64,000 nt of DNA from positions 85,064,001 to 85,128,000 of the forward strand of contig NC_135890.1 of assembly GCF_964194155.1 (NCBI RefSeq), given 5' to 3'. The notes below the pieces were generated by a model, which saw nothing but the letters and a program-made list of their open reading frames with translations, had not been told where the DNA came from and made no database searches. Of this stretch, positions 25,481 through 39,180 are shown one piece after another. Position 1 is the first letter of the stretch, and each line of letters opens with the position of its first letter. Made by a program: the position numbers and the translations under genes. The DNA comes from Cetorhinus maximus (lineage: Eukaryota).

Positions 25481-28400
25481 GTCCGAATGAAATGTAACAC
25501 ACCATCATATAACTATTCAGGATTGAAAGGACTGCTTCATGACTGATTTGCAAATCCAATACAATAGAATTGTTTTAAAGTAAGAGATGACCAAGATTGA
25601 TTATTCTATCAGAAGCTTGTCTGGTTATGTAGCAAGATTTGAAAAGTGAAAATGCTGAACACAGAATTTAAAGATATCTAGTTTTGTTACATTCTAATTT
25701 AAAAAATTTATTTGAGCTTTATATCTATGTTTTAAGTTGATTATCCTTCACCTTATTTGCAATTGTGTAAAACAATCATCCTTCTGAACAAACAGAACTA
25801 AGTTCACTAATTTTGTAATTTCTAATAGACATTGTCATTCCATGCAAAATAATACTTCAGTAGTAGGTGCTCAACCAATATCACAAAAGAAGTGACGAAT
25901 GAGGTAATGCGCACATATTTGTATGGGCGATTGAACTGCTTATTTATGTGCGACATTAGATGCTTTTTATTGGCAATTAAGGGGATAAGGAGAAGCAAAC
26001 AAGAAGGAATTACAAGGGTTTTTAAATTTTGTTTTACCTTCCTTATGTATGTCCACCATTAGCAGACCCATCCCATTGTATAAAAAGCTGTCCTGCTAAG
26101 TTGTAACAGTTTTACGGCTGTAAAACCAATTTCTTCTTTTCTATTGTTGTTTTGTACACATATTTGAATTAAATAGCAAATGGAAATGGGCCCATTTATA
26201 TTAATTGTACAAATGAAGTGGATAAATATTAAGTTTTAAAAAAATGCTAGCTGTAGAAAAAACAATCACATGAAAACTTGGAATAGTGCTACAGTTGAAT
26301 CATGACAAACTATGCTACTTTATAATGCTTAGTTGAGATTAATATTTCTGTAAACTTCAGTCTACCACAGGAAAGTCGAAAGATATATATGCCACAAACA
26401 TGTATTTGTTACTTAGGTGCTCAGGAAAACAACAAATATAACCTTTACATAGAAACATTCTAAATTGTGCTGCTACCTTCTTGGGAATTGCACCACTCCA
26501 AAGAAGCTGGATAAAATGGAGAGAATTGCAATTTTGAACCAGGATTTTGTCAATTTTGAACCAGGATTTTGTAGTTAAATATTTCCTTGAAAAAGAAATT
26601 CTGCTTAACTCGTGTTGAAAGGGACATAGTGGCTTATGCCTGAACTCCATGCTTGGCTCTATATATTTACGTGCCGCTGATTTTATAGTTAAAACCAGTA
26701 GGGCCAACCCTAACAGCAAAGTACAATACAGTCAAACCAAGTGAGCTTTAAAAATTGTTCAAAGGAACATGGCTATCATCATATAGTTAGTACATAATTT
26801 TAGCGAAGCCTTGAAAGAAGTGCAGTTATGCAATTAGTGCAGAAATAGCACTGTTTCGCAAATTGAATTTGGCATTACAAACTGCTCATTTTGTAGAGTG
26901 GTCACAAAAAATAGATACACAATAAAGATCGTGCTGTGGTAGACATTGTGTCTGCTGCAGTTAGAATATTTTCTGACAGGCATGGCATAGTGTGACAGTG
27001 GAAATCTTGAAGATGGTTGTTCCTGGAATAAAGTCTGTCCAAAAACTCCTGGGTGATACACTGATATACCTTTAATTGTCTCCAATCATTGATGTTCTAT
27101 ATCTTGACTTTGAATTTGTAATCCCCGAATATCAAGCAGCTGAGGTCTTAGAAAGGGCAAATAATGCAATATGACAGCTGCTTATAAAAAAAATTTATCT
27201 TGGGACATTGAAATACTTCATATGAAGTGCAAATTTAGAAAAATAGCAATTGTGATTGCCATTGTTGTTAGACAGGAGGCTGATCAGAGACCCACTACTT
27301 AAGCGTAGTTGATGGGTCTGCAACGACTCTCTGAAGTATCGTCCAGGGAGCAAAAATTATGAAATAATTCATACAGTAAATGGTGAGGAAGAACAACAAA
27401 GCAACTCGTGTATGAATAATGCATTGCAAATCGAAGAGCAGTTTTACTCTTATTTTAAATGATGTAATCTTTGAACAGAAGCCAAATCATCTATCTGTTA
27501 AGGTTTCAGCAAACCCATCTGATCATGCTCTACTGTTCTAGTGCCAAACAGAATATTCATTTTAAGTCTGACTCTTACTGCAATCTGAGTTTTAATTTTG
27601 ATTTACAAATGTGAACTTGAAACTAACAAAAAATAAAGCAAATTTACTGATTTCAGTCACCTAAATAAACCTCTACCTCCTTAGTGATGTTACATATTTC
27701 TAATACATTTGCCATTTCTTCTTGTTCAAAGGGGATGCATTTATCATCAAAATACGTTATCTGATAGTTGTCCGCCTTATCTCTCAGGCAAAGGCTGGTA
27801 TGGGTTTTGGGTAAGCTAAAGAGGTGAATGAAAGAAATAAAAAAGAAAAAATAGGATTAAATAGCAAAAAAAAAAGGGGGTGCTATATTGTAGTAAAATT
27901 GCATCAGAATTAATTGCAAGGATGGCAGAATTTCACCAATGGTATTAGATATATATCACCTTATGTAAAAATAGAAGATACTTTCTTCCCCTCAATGGCT
28001 TTTATATTTTGCTTAGACTATTTCTAACAGAAAATTAATTATTCCACATTTGAATCAGTCCTAAGTTCTCTTATTATGAAGACGACATTCGTTTTTAGAA
28101 AATAAACATAACCATGTGCTAAACAGAATTAGTAAATATTGTGCTGCCTGATAATCAAAGTGATGTCAGTGATTCCCTAATTTTTCCCTGTAGGACGATA
28201 CAGGCACCTGCACCAACTTCATCCAGCAGCAGCTGTGTGGAAAAAGAGTCATTTGATTGGATATGCAAATCTAAATGATCCAATCATATATTTAGAACCA
28301 AAATTCTCAATCCAGTTAAATGGAGCTATTCTGAAGCAACCATTAACATAACATCCTCACAAGATATGGAACAGATGATCCAATGTTTACCTACAGGTTT

Positions 28401-29220
28401 TTTTGCATTTAAAAAAAGAACTTACTCAGGTTAAGGAGGGAAAGTGATATGCTATGCAATTAGATTAAAGTTCAAAATCAATTTTTGAAATAAGTTTGGA
28501 TTTTAAAATTGTAGTTTATCCCTTTTTAATCTGCAAAGTCTGCACTGCTGGAAAAAGTTGGTCATAAATCTATGCAAAATTATTTAAGAAGCATGCACCG
28601 TAGAACTGTTTATAAGCATATTTTTAAACCTTTCAGTGAGCACTCTGAATTCGGAAAATGTACTTCTGCAATTGGCTCATGAAAGCGCAATTGCAAATCT
28701 AAACTTCCCATAAAAATCCCACAGTGCTGGCAAACCTTTTTGTATCTCACCTCAAAAGGCCAACGTAGATAGTGATCTTAGATAGCACCAGTGTCATCCT
28801 ACCAGAGAATGCCCAAATTCAATTATACAGCTAAAGTTAAATAAAATTGTAGCAATGAACATGACTAATGAAATCCTACTAAACGGCACTTCAATTTGAT
28901 GTTGGATTTCCTTGTCCCAATACTCAGCTGTCTATTTTACCCCACCTTCCTATCATTCATTTTTTTAACGCTTTCAGGGAGCTTTCTTAGACTCCAGCAC
29001 ATTTGCACACATTAGAATGATGAGCATGTTCACAGTAAATTAAGTTATTGATTTACTGCCAAAAATTAAAATAGACTGTTTTATTGTATTTTTAATCCAA
29101 TTCCCTCGTAGCTTTTGGTTTCCCATTAAGACAGTTTCAATAACATGCCCAGTTAAACAACTGAATGATTACATCAGTATTGGCCCACACCTTGGCCCCA
29201 TGCACTAAAACACACTCCTA

Positions 29221-29348
29221 GGGCAGGACTTTCCGGCTCTGCCAGTCGCCGGGATCGTCCGGTTCCGCCAGAAGTCAAAGGACTTTTGGTCGGGCTGCTG
29301 CATCCCCCGTGGTGCATCCCACCATGCCAGGGCCAGAAAATCCCGGCC
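29221..29348. mobile_element. 128-bp Harbinger-type mini MITE
   Basis: Termini gggcaggactttcc / agaaaatcccggcc resemble the Harbinger TIR. Flanks cta/tta. GC island in AT-rich DNA. Confidence 0.7.
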
Positions 29349-29398
29349 TTAGTTTTTCCTTCTCCATTAAAATTCGTTGGTACTAAATTCTTGACAAA

Positions 29399-30292
29399 TG
29401 TGGCAAGATGAGAAACAATGCCACCATCAAGGTGCTAAATTAGATTTTATATCAAGGAATTAAATACGGACAGAATTTGTATGGTCCCTTCCAGTCCGTA
29501 ATTAGGATGTTTGTTTGTGAGCTGTGTATATTTCCTTATTCTCAGTGATTTTTCCTAATTTAAAGTAAATTCCAGCTGCAAGCGTTTTGGTGATTTTAAA
29601 AATAAAGGTATTTATCATTACGCACTTGTCCTGGTTGTTTGAAACGCAACATCTCAATCACTCATCTCACTCTGACTATCACACACACACAAAGATTAGA
29701 TACAGGTGAAGTTAAAGCCATAATTATAAAAATAGAAATGATAACTGAGTCTCTGTATCGATGCAGTCATAATGTCTTCTTAGTTGAGTTGATACTTTAT
29801 TAGAATAAAGGTCTTTTAGGAACAAAGGATTCTCATGAAGCTGCGAAGCCTCTTGGAGAGGATTAGCCAGGAGATTGGTTCTCAGGTGGATTTGGAAGCT
29901 GGAACAAGTACAGTAATTTGGCTGCATTAGAAGACTTCCAGCTATGATTGTTCAGCTGTTTCAGATGTTTCTCTCTGCCAGATTTGCTTTGTTCAGCTTA
30001 TATTATACTGCAGTCTCTGAAAATTAGTTTCAATTACAATGTAGTGTTAATACTTCTGGAGTCCAGAGCGCCATGATACAGTGGCAGTTGACAATGGTCA
30101 TTCACTCTTATCGATGCCCCAACTTGAGCTCAAATATTCTCCTTTGTTCAATCTGGCACTCGGAGACCAACAGTGTAGAGATCCCATATTCCTCAAACGC
30201 TGGTTCATTCTTAAACAATGAGATGTTTAAATTTCACAGGTGGTTACGAAGTACCCTTATTCAGGTACATGTTTAACTAAATGTTGGCCACA
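29399..30292. mobile_element. Possible old solo LTR
   Basis: Inverted termini tgtggc...gccaca and LTR-like internal composition, but no matching TSD. Confidence 0.3.
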
Positions 30293-32434
30293 GAATCGAA
30301 TACTGCCCACGGTTTAAATACCCATCGTTCCAAGTTAAATTGCAACCATCCTACCAGGTTTTGTTGCCGCTTTCACAAAGTATGATCTTACAGTCTGTAA
30401 TATTCAATATTCTAATGCTTATATTGAACATAACAAAGTATACTAACAAGGGTAAATTGCTTTATTTAAAGTGGGCTTAGATGGCCATTTGCAGGAAATC
30501 CACATTCTAAATAAGATTTGTTTTTACTTTGGAAAATTCTGTTTGCAATACTTTGGTGGTCTTATAAAGGCTTCATCTTTGTAAATTAATAAGCAATTTG
30601 TTCTAAGTTGTGGCGGCTCAATAATTATACATATTGGGGGAAATTTTAATGTACCTGACCCATCCGGTGCAGGTGAACTGACAGAGCACAGGGAATACAA
30701 AAGTCGGACTCCCCTACACACTGTGGAGTTTTAAATAACAATTTCTACATTGGGAAGTGAGCTTGATTGTCAGACTTGGTTTCCAGTTCAATAGGGAGTA
30801 AGTATCGAGGTGGCCCTGGGGAAATGGTTGCAAAGAAATCAGAGGCCATGGGTGGGGGAGTTGGTGTTGATGGTGAAGACTTGAGACCTTGGTAGTGGGG
30901 TAGTGGAGGGGGTTGATGGAGAATGGAAGCGTTGGGCAGCGGGAGTGGTTTTCAAAGCAGGCACACAGGATCCAGCAGGTAAGTGGGAAAGCACTTACCT
31001 TCTGATCCAGCACTCCCTCACCTGGGTTGAGCTGCCAGCTTTCCTGGGGTGCAAGAAACCTGGCTGTCCAATGTTAAATTTCAATGTTAAATAGCAATCA
31101 AGTACAGAGCCTCAACATAATGTTTAAAGTGCTAACCCACTAACTTGGAGTAGGGTTGATTGCTCTCCCACTCAACCTTTGTTAAAACTGGAAGCAAGTA
31201 GGTTGGCTTTCAGACTTTTAACACTTTCAATCTCCCATTATGTTGAGACATCTGTATCTTTTCTCAGGTGGATTACAAGGTTACATGGATACTATATTTA
31301 ACAGGCATCATTTTCAGAAGTGTGAATCAACAGCAAATACTGAAGTATCAAATTCACAAATCAAAGCAGTTCGAATGTGTCCATTTATCCAGCGAACTTG
31401 TAATTTCAGATCAGCTTTGAACTGAAGTAACCAACAGCTCAAAAGTTCTAAATAATCCATGGACAAATGCATTCATACTGAAAATAAGGACAATTCAAAG
31501 CAAGGAAAATATCAAAGCCCTCCCAAAATAAAACAGAAATATTTTCTCAGTTACACATCGGGTTAGAAAAAGATCCAAAGACATGTTCATGTTTCCACAG
31601 AGATAACTACCACTGACTTCAAGCTCAGTAATGAAACACCAACATGGCATCAGTTTGGAGAATATCTGACAAACTACTGGTTCTTGTCTAATGCAATCCA
31701 ACCATCTAGAAATCCTTCACTCTTATCACCAAGACCAAAGAATGTTATCATAACAAAAACTAGTTACATGATTTGTAATATTTAGGATTTAATTAGGATG
31801 GATTAATCATCAAGTACAGTTTGTGCCTTGGAGCTTACACTCCTATCCAGTATCTACCTAAGTCTACAGATAAAATCTAAAGAAAAACTGAGGCCCAGTC
31901 ACTTCTGCACAGATAATGTATTAATCAAGCTTACTTGTGTTTTTGTACATAGCAGTATGTAAAGTGTAGTACATCACAGCATATTATAAAGCATACTGAA
32001 TAATTTTAGCAGCATCCACCTGAGCATTTGGAAGTTGTGGGGAAAAACAAATCAGTTAAAGGTTAGAAAAAGTTTACTGTACAAGCTTGATTTTTGTTGT
32101 TGCAAATCTTCAATGAGAATATCTAATGACAAACTTCAGCACACCCAACAGAGAAGGAAGGGGAATTAAGATTCTCAAAGTGAGAATGAATTACATTTCA
32201 AAAAGGAAATTAGATCGCGCCAGCCTACCAACACAAACTGGGTACAGAGAATGATTCTTTGCACTGGAACTAGGCCTGCATCCTAGTAGAAAATATGAGG
32301 TTATTGACAATCTCACAACGGAGCAGAAAGTTTGCACAGTGTATGGTGATGGTACTGAAGTTACAAACTGAGCTAAGGTTTTCAAAGATTTGATAAATTG
32401 GCGAAACAAGATTCATTCAATGTTATTAACAGTA

Positions 32435-33085
32435 GCAACCTGCATTTATATAGTGCTTTTAATTTAAAAAACACACATCAGAGCATTTTACAAAGGGAAA
32501 GGGATGAATATTGAGAGAGCAGTGAAGGAATTTAGGGAAGGGAGAACAAAAAGTAGTTCTTTAGGGGGCTTTAAAAGAGGTATGAAATTGGATGAAGAGA
32601 CTGAAGTAATTTGTGGACAGGAGTGTAATGGCTGAAAGGTTGACCTGGATAGTAGAACTGAGAAGACAGGGAACAAGACATCACCCAGGATGCAAGCAAG
32701 GGCATATGGCCAGAGAAATTTCCCACAGTTTTACAAAGTCATTTGGAAATTTGAGGAGGAGGATGTTCAAACTAATTTGTTCAGTTTTAAGGAGCCAGTG
32801 AAGTTGGGGAATGGTCAAGGTCCTAATGATCAAGGGAGAGGGATCTGAGCCTCATAGTTCTGTATTAAATTAAGTTTATGCAGGGTGAAGGCTAGTCAGA
32901 AAAAATGTATCCTGAAGGAGTGATGGCATGAATGAAAGATTCCAGCAGCAGGGACTAGTGAAGTAATGGTGCAAATGACTAATGCTCTGGAAGTGGAAGG
33001 TAGTGATCTTGGGTGCATAGACAATGTTGGGAAGAGGGATAAGCTCCAGGTCAAACAGAACGTGAGCTCCATTTTGGTTTAGATG
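32435..33085 (-). mobile_element. Old L2 LINE 3' fragment
   Basis: Reverse L2 tail aacctgcatttatatagtgctttt followed by a purine-rich L2 body to caggtcaaacag. Confidence 0.55.
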
Positions 33086-33735
33086 TTTTATATGTCTGTA
33101 AGAAGTAAAAAAGTGTCAAACACATTTACATAACTCTATCTCCTGCCACCGCAATGAAACAGGAAGTCAGAGCCACTGACATCATTAGTGTGCGTCTAGA
33201 ACAGGAAGTGGAAACCCACTCTGCCCTAGTGCTACTGACATCATTGTTGTGCGCCTGGGTGAATGCTCACCACCCACTTGCTCATCTTGCTTGCTGTCCC
33301 ACTCATTACTTTGCTTCTGCCCCGCTCCCAACCAGTGAAAACTGAAATCGTTAATCATGGTGAAAAAAAAACACATTTTACTCATGCTGCACTTGTTTAA
33401 ATATCTTTATATTGCTCAATATTATGGATGGTCGTATTCTTTGATGCAAGCAGCTATCTGTGACTGGCAGTGATGTCACAAGCACTGCAACTGCATGTTC
33501 AGTGAATGCGCCCTGCAATTGTGGCGGCAGCAAACGCAGCCTTTATTTAAATACCCTTGAGTTCATGAGTCCCACTAGCTGTATCACCGGCAGCAAATCT
33601 CAGGCAGATTTCTCAAGCTTATCAATGATGTAGAAACAACAAAGAAAAATTAATTAAAAAATTAGAAATAAAAACAGAAAATGCTGGAAATACTGAATAA
33701 ATCAGACAACATCTGTGGAGAGAAACAAAGTTAAT

Positions 33736-36050
33736 GGGCTGGATTTCCGTGACCGAGGCAGGTAGGTTAAGGCAGGAAGTTTCCCGACTTGGCAGACTTG
33801 TCTCAGTTTAAAGGGTCCTGTTGGACTCAATTTCTGCTCCAGGGAGGCGGGGGTGAGATAAAGTCAGGCCCCCTGATCCCAGAAGCAGATCCTAGGGGGC
33901 AAGGGGGCTGGGCGAGTGCTGAGGTGGGCTGATTAGAAGTTCTCAGTTCTCTGTGTTGTTTTAGCAGCTGTTAGGCACTCAAGCTCTCACCCTTCACCCA
34001 CTTACCATGTCCCCTCGTGCCCCCATGTCACCTCCATGCCAACACATGCCACTCACCCAGCCACATGGCATCTCATACCTCCATGCCACTTCCATGCTAA
34101 CTCATGTTCCCACCCACTCATATGCACCCTCTTTCCCCATGCCACCTGCATAGCCACTCACCCAGGATCCATAGAACCATAGAAAAGTTACAGCATAGAA
34201 GGAGGCCATTCAGCTTATCTTGTCCATGCCAGCCCGATGACACCCAGGTGCCCTTTCTAATCCCACCTTCCTGCACCCGGCCCATTGCCCTGCAGCTTAC
34301 AGCACTCAAGGTGCAGATCCAGGTACTTTTTAAAAAGAGTTTAGAGTTTCTGCCTCTACCACCAACTTGGGCGGCGAATTCCAGGCACCCACTACCCTCT
34401 GCGTAAAAAAGTTCTTCCTCATGTCCCCCCTACACCTTCTGCCACTTATCTTGAATCTATGTCCCCTGGTTCTAGAATTCTCCACCAAGGGAAACAATTT
34501 TATCCTGTCCACTCTATCTATTCCCCTCATAATTTTGTACAGCTCAATCAAGTCACCTCTCAGCCTTCTTTGTTCTAAAGAAAATAACCCCACCCTATCC
34601 AATCTCTCCTGGTAGCTACACTTTTCTAACCCTGGCAACATTCTTGTAAACCTCCTCTGCACTCTCTCCAGAGCTATTACGTCCTTCCTGTAATGTGGTG
34701 ACCAGAACTGCACACAATACTCCAGTTGTGGCCTCACCAGTGTTTTATACAATTCCAACATTATATCCTTACTTTTATATTCTATACCTCTGCCAATGAA
34801 GGAGAGCATTCCATATGCCTTCTTTACAACCTTGTCTACTTGAACTGCTGCCTTCAGGGACCTGTGTACTTGTATGCCAAGATCTCTCATTTCATCTACC
34901 CCTCTTAGTATATTCCCATTTATTGTGTAATCCCTGTAACTGTTTGACTGCCCTAACTGTTTGACCGCCCTAAATGTATGACCTCACACTTCTCTATGTT
35001 AAAATCCATCTGCCACTTTACCGCCCACTCCACCAACCCATCTATATCACTTTGGAGATTATGGCGATCCTCTACACTATCCACTACTCGGCCAATCTTT
35101 GTGTCATCTGCAAATTTCCCAATCGTGCCCCCCATGTTCACGTCCAAATCGTTAATGTATAACACAAACAACAAGAGTCCCAACACCGAGCCCTGTGGAA
35201 CACCACTTGAAACAACTTTCCATTTGCAAGGGCATCCATCGACCATTTCCCGTTGTTTCCTGTTACAAAGCCAACCTTTTATCCAATTTGCCACATTACC
35301 CTGAATCCCATGGGCTTTTACTTTCCTGACCAATCTGCCATGTGGGACCTTGTCAAATGCCTTGCTAAAATCCATGTACACAACATCCACTGCACTACCT
35401 TCATCAATGCTTCTTGTCACTTACTCAAAGAATTCAATCAAATTTGTGAGGCAAGACCTTCCTTCAACAAATCCATGCTGACCATCCCTGACTAGTCCAT
35501 GCCTTTCCACATGACAGTTAATCCTATCTCTCAGGATTGATTCTAATAATTTGCTCACCACCGATGTAAGACTAACTGGCCTATAATTGTTTGGCATTTC
35601 CTTTGATCCCCTTTTAAACAATGGAACTACATTTGCACCATGGGCAGGCCTCCGGAGCCATGCAGAGATGAAAAAAAAAATTCTAAAATTCTAATACAGC
35701 TCTCACTCATACACATTTGACAGTGAAAAAAAACTCCCATTCATGAAACCCATTCAAAACTTTTAAATATCAAGTGGGTAACCTGTTATAAAACAAACAC
35801 ACTTCTATTAAGTAGCCACATCAAAGACAGCTATTTGTTTAATAACATTGTCTCTTTATACTGTCAAACAAATGGTGAACTCAGAACACCCTGCTGAGAT
35901 AAGTGCTTTTGTAGAATTGTAACTCAACCATGCATTCAGAACGACAAAACAACAGCCCTCAGGAAACGTAACAAAGACTCCTATTGAAACTGTGGAACAG
36001 TTAGTTATGTTATATCATGTGCCCCTGAGGGTATCATAGAAGGATGTTCC
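33736..36050 (+). mobile_element. Harbinger-type MITE (same family as 8108-9188), split by CR1
   Basis: Terminus gggctggatttcc after aat; ccatgcc-rich minisatellite 34000-34165; resumes at 35638. Confidence 0.7.
34170..35637 (-). mobile_element. Young 5'-truncated CR1 (HER1-like) LINE
   Basis: Long ORF2 pieces: NYRPVSLTS, YMDFSKAFDKVPH, GVPQGSVLG, KFADDTK, RDLG..LYKTLVRPQLEYCVQFWSP. (ttctatg)n tail reversed at 34170-34185. Confidence 0.95.
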
Positions 36051-36705
36051 CTTCAGAATGCTGAAACAAGAAGGGAGGGGTAGATGTGTTCGGTGGTAGC
36101 ATCATGCTGAAGGTGGCTGAAATTGCGGAGGATGATCCATTGAATATGGAGGCTGAACCGTATCATGTTTCTAGGAGGGAGGGGATGGGGTGAGAGCAGA
36201 AGCGCGTGAAATGGAATATACACAGTTGAGGGCCCTATCAACCATAATTGGGGGCGGTGGGGGGGCGGGTGAGGGAAGATGAAGGGGGTGGAAATCCTCA
36301 GTAGTGGAAAAGGAAGCCATATTGGAAGTGCTAGTGTGGAAGGTTGCATCATCTTAACAAATACGATAGACACGGAGAAACTGGGAGAATGGAATAAAGT
36401 GCTTACAGGAAGCAGGGTGTGAGGAACTATAGTTAAGCTAGCTGCAGGAGACAGTGGACTTATAATGAATATTGATTGATAGCCTATTTCCAGAAATGAA
36501 AACAGAAAATTCAAGGAGAGAAGACCACATGATGGCAAGGGAAAGGTGGAAATTGGGAGCAAAGTCGATTAAATTTTCCAATTAAGGGCAAGAGCAGTAA
36601 ACGGCAGTCTTCAATTTACCCGAAAAAGAAAAAGTTAGTACCTTTTTACCTATGAATGTGAGGAAATGTACATAAGAATGCTGTAAGCAAATGTATATAA
36701 GAATG

Positions 36706-36740
36706 CTGATGAAGAGTCATATGGACTCGAAACGTTAACT
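36706..36740 (+). ncRNA. Minimal type I hammerhead ribozyme motif (Penelope pLTR type)
   Basis: CTGATGA-a-GAGTC atatg GACTC-GAAA-CG-TT-aact: catalytic core boxes, 5-bp stem II and palindromic stem III (ACGT). The 5' strand of stem I is truncated in this copy. Confidence 0.7.
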
Positions 36741-36836
36741 CTGTCTTCCTCTCCACAGGTGCTGTCAGACCTGCTGAGTTTTTCCAGCTATTTTTGTTTT
36801 TGTTTAAGGTTTCCAGCATCCGCAGTATTTTGCTTT
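36708..36836 (+). mobile_element. Short Penelope-derived insertion with 14-bp TSD
   Basis: TSD tatataagaatgct at 36694-36707 and 36837-36850. Body is the pLTR repeat. Confidence 0.88.
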
Positions 36837-39071
36837 TATATAAGAATGCTATGTTTTGCTAAGTAGAAAATTGAACATTAGGTAGGAAGGGATTTGTGTG
36901 TATAACTCTGGTAACATTTACAAGCACTTTTCTAAAATCAAAAATGTAAGCTGGAACATTTGTTTGACCACTCTCACATTTAGTACCTGGTGGAATGGAA
37001 GTACCCTACCTCTAATAGGAGAATCAAAATGATTATGCACCTTCAATCCAATCCCTCATACACATGAACCCACAGCACAATTTCCATAACATGCCCTCAA
37101 GCAAGCATGCATTGCTCAAGCAGAACAGACATTGTTATGGCAGAGTAGATGGAGGCAAACTTTGTATAGGTTCAGTTTAAGTGACACAGAGGTGTTAGAT
37201 TCTAATAAATGGCCAAAGGAGGAGTGTGTCCTATACCCCGCTAATGGCACTTTTCACCTTGAATAAAAAGTGTTATTGCACTTACTTATATGTAAAGCCT
37301 ATCAGCAACCTATGAAAGATTCTGTGCGCTACAGGTAGTTTTCATTAAATAAAAACTCTTTGTAGTCATGTAAGATTAAACGGCTGTGATATGTTTTGGA
37401 ATAAGCCATCACAGCTGTCAAAGCCAGGTGTCAAAGAAGACACAAAAGAAAAGACAATTTATCTAATACGACCTTCCTTGAAGCACATCTCTTGACAGTT
37501 GTGACAGCTTATTTCTAAATCAAAAACATACAGTTTAATCTCATACTACTGCTTATAATGAAAGTCATACCTATCCTGACAAGATCTTTTTATCGTGTCC
37601 TACTGTTTATTAAATTTACCAGTAAGTGCAATTAAAATTCTGACAGGTGGCAAACATTAGCAAAATAGAGAATTACTTCCCACCACTTATGAAATTTGAT
37701 CAAGTCACTTGCCATGTAGTCAACGTTTCTGTTAACTACAGAGTAGAATCTCTCAGTGCAGGGAGAGACCATTCAGCTCATCGCTCACAAAAGGTGAATG
37801 GACAGTGAACATCCAAAACTCTGTTCTATGTATACACATTGCATTCACTCCTAGAGATTATAAGCGTGTTGTAGGATGTGTTCACTATAGTGAACCAGAT
37901 TACAATCATTTAAAACTGTCTGAAATATATACATTTTTGAAAACCTTCCACTTAAATTTAAAGAGAGAAATTTTTTTAAAGACAGTTGTTTGGCATTAGA
38001 CATTTAGAGGGAATAGTCAACACTTCCAGTGATGAATATAGTGAAAAAAGGAATCAATAAAATGCATTTATGCACCTAATGAATTTGTATAATACTGGGT
38101 AAATCATAGTTGCTGGAAGTATATTTCTGGAATTGAAAGTTAAAGAGTTACATGAACTGGTTGGAAAGGAGGTATTGAAAATAATCACGATGTTAAGGAA
38201 TAATTAAAAGCCTTTAAACAGAAAATATCAATAAAAAAGGGAGGTAATTAGTGTAACTTACTGAATTTTTAGACAACCAATAGGCAACATACTGAGGGAA
38301 AGTTTTACAATGAAAATTAGATACCTGCGCTCAGCTGGGAGTAATTTCATTATAAACCTGCAATAATGTCACATTTATTAATCTCATTGTGTGGATGCCA
38401 ACATGTATCAAGTGGCAGCCTGACAGTAGTAACAGAAAGTGACTAAGATAATTACCTTACTCAGAACATAAAATTGAGACCAGAGATTTATCACGAACAA
38501 TTATAGATACCAGGCACCAATCCCAAGAGTGAATTGCCATCTTAGAGATTCAGATAGCAGTTACTTAACTAACTGCTCAAAGTTTATTTTTGTAGTTTTT
38601 GACAATATCTGTTTCATTTAGATTGCTGTCTTCTAATCACTGCCAGATATCCATTATGATATACATATGGGATGTACAACAGCAAACTACTGAATACATA
38701 ATTTATCCCATTAGTAAGCTGAGGTGGTCTACGGATGCGATAAATTCAGCATTCAACTGCCTGTCATTTAGTGTTGTTAATGCAATAAATAAGGTATGAT
38801 ATATAATAACAGTAAAATTTAATTACAGGGTTTAATTATATTTTAGCCTGGGATATTCAAGTATGGAATATGCTTTAGAGGTATCTCAATTGAGGAAAAA
38901 AGTGACACTATCAAAACTACAATGCAGAATAGACATGAAAAGTATAGTTACAATAAATGTTTTGCCAGCACTCAGTGCATGTTAAAGGAACAAGGCAATT
39001 TTGAGCAAGCCAATATATATATTATGTTGCACTGAAAAATGTATGGGGAAAATCCATAATGCACATAGTAG

Positions 39072-39180
39072 AAAAGATAAAAACAAAAAATGCTAGAAAC
39101 AATCAGGTCTGCTGCATCTGTGGAGAGAGAAACACAGTCAATGTTTAAATGCTGAGCATTTTAGCACTTTCTGTTTTATC
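39072..39180. mobile_element. Degraded Penelope-derived inverted pLTR fragment
   Basis: ataaaaacaaaaaatgctagaaac..gcatctgtggagagagaaacacagtcaatgttt..tagcactttctgttttat. Confidence 0.6.

Larger units (their letters stand above)
33655..36630 (-). mobile_element. Penelope-like element remnant (pLTR 33655-33735; ORF fragment 36052-36630) hosting a MITE that hosts a CR1
   Basis: aaataaaaacagaaaatgctggaaatac..catctgtggagagaaacaaagttaa pLTR. Translation IILRNFSHLQHDATTEHIYPS..SAF resembles the Penelope RT/GIY-YIG linker. Confidence 0.7.
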
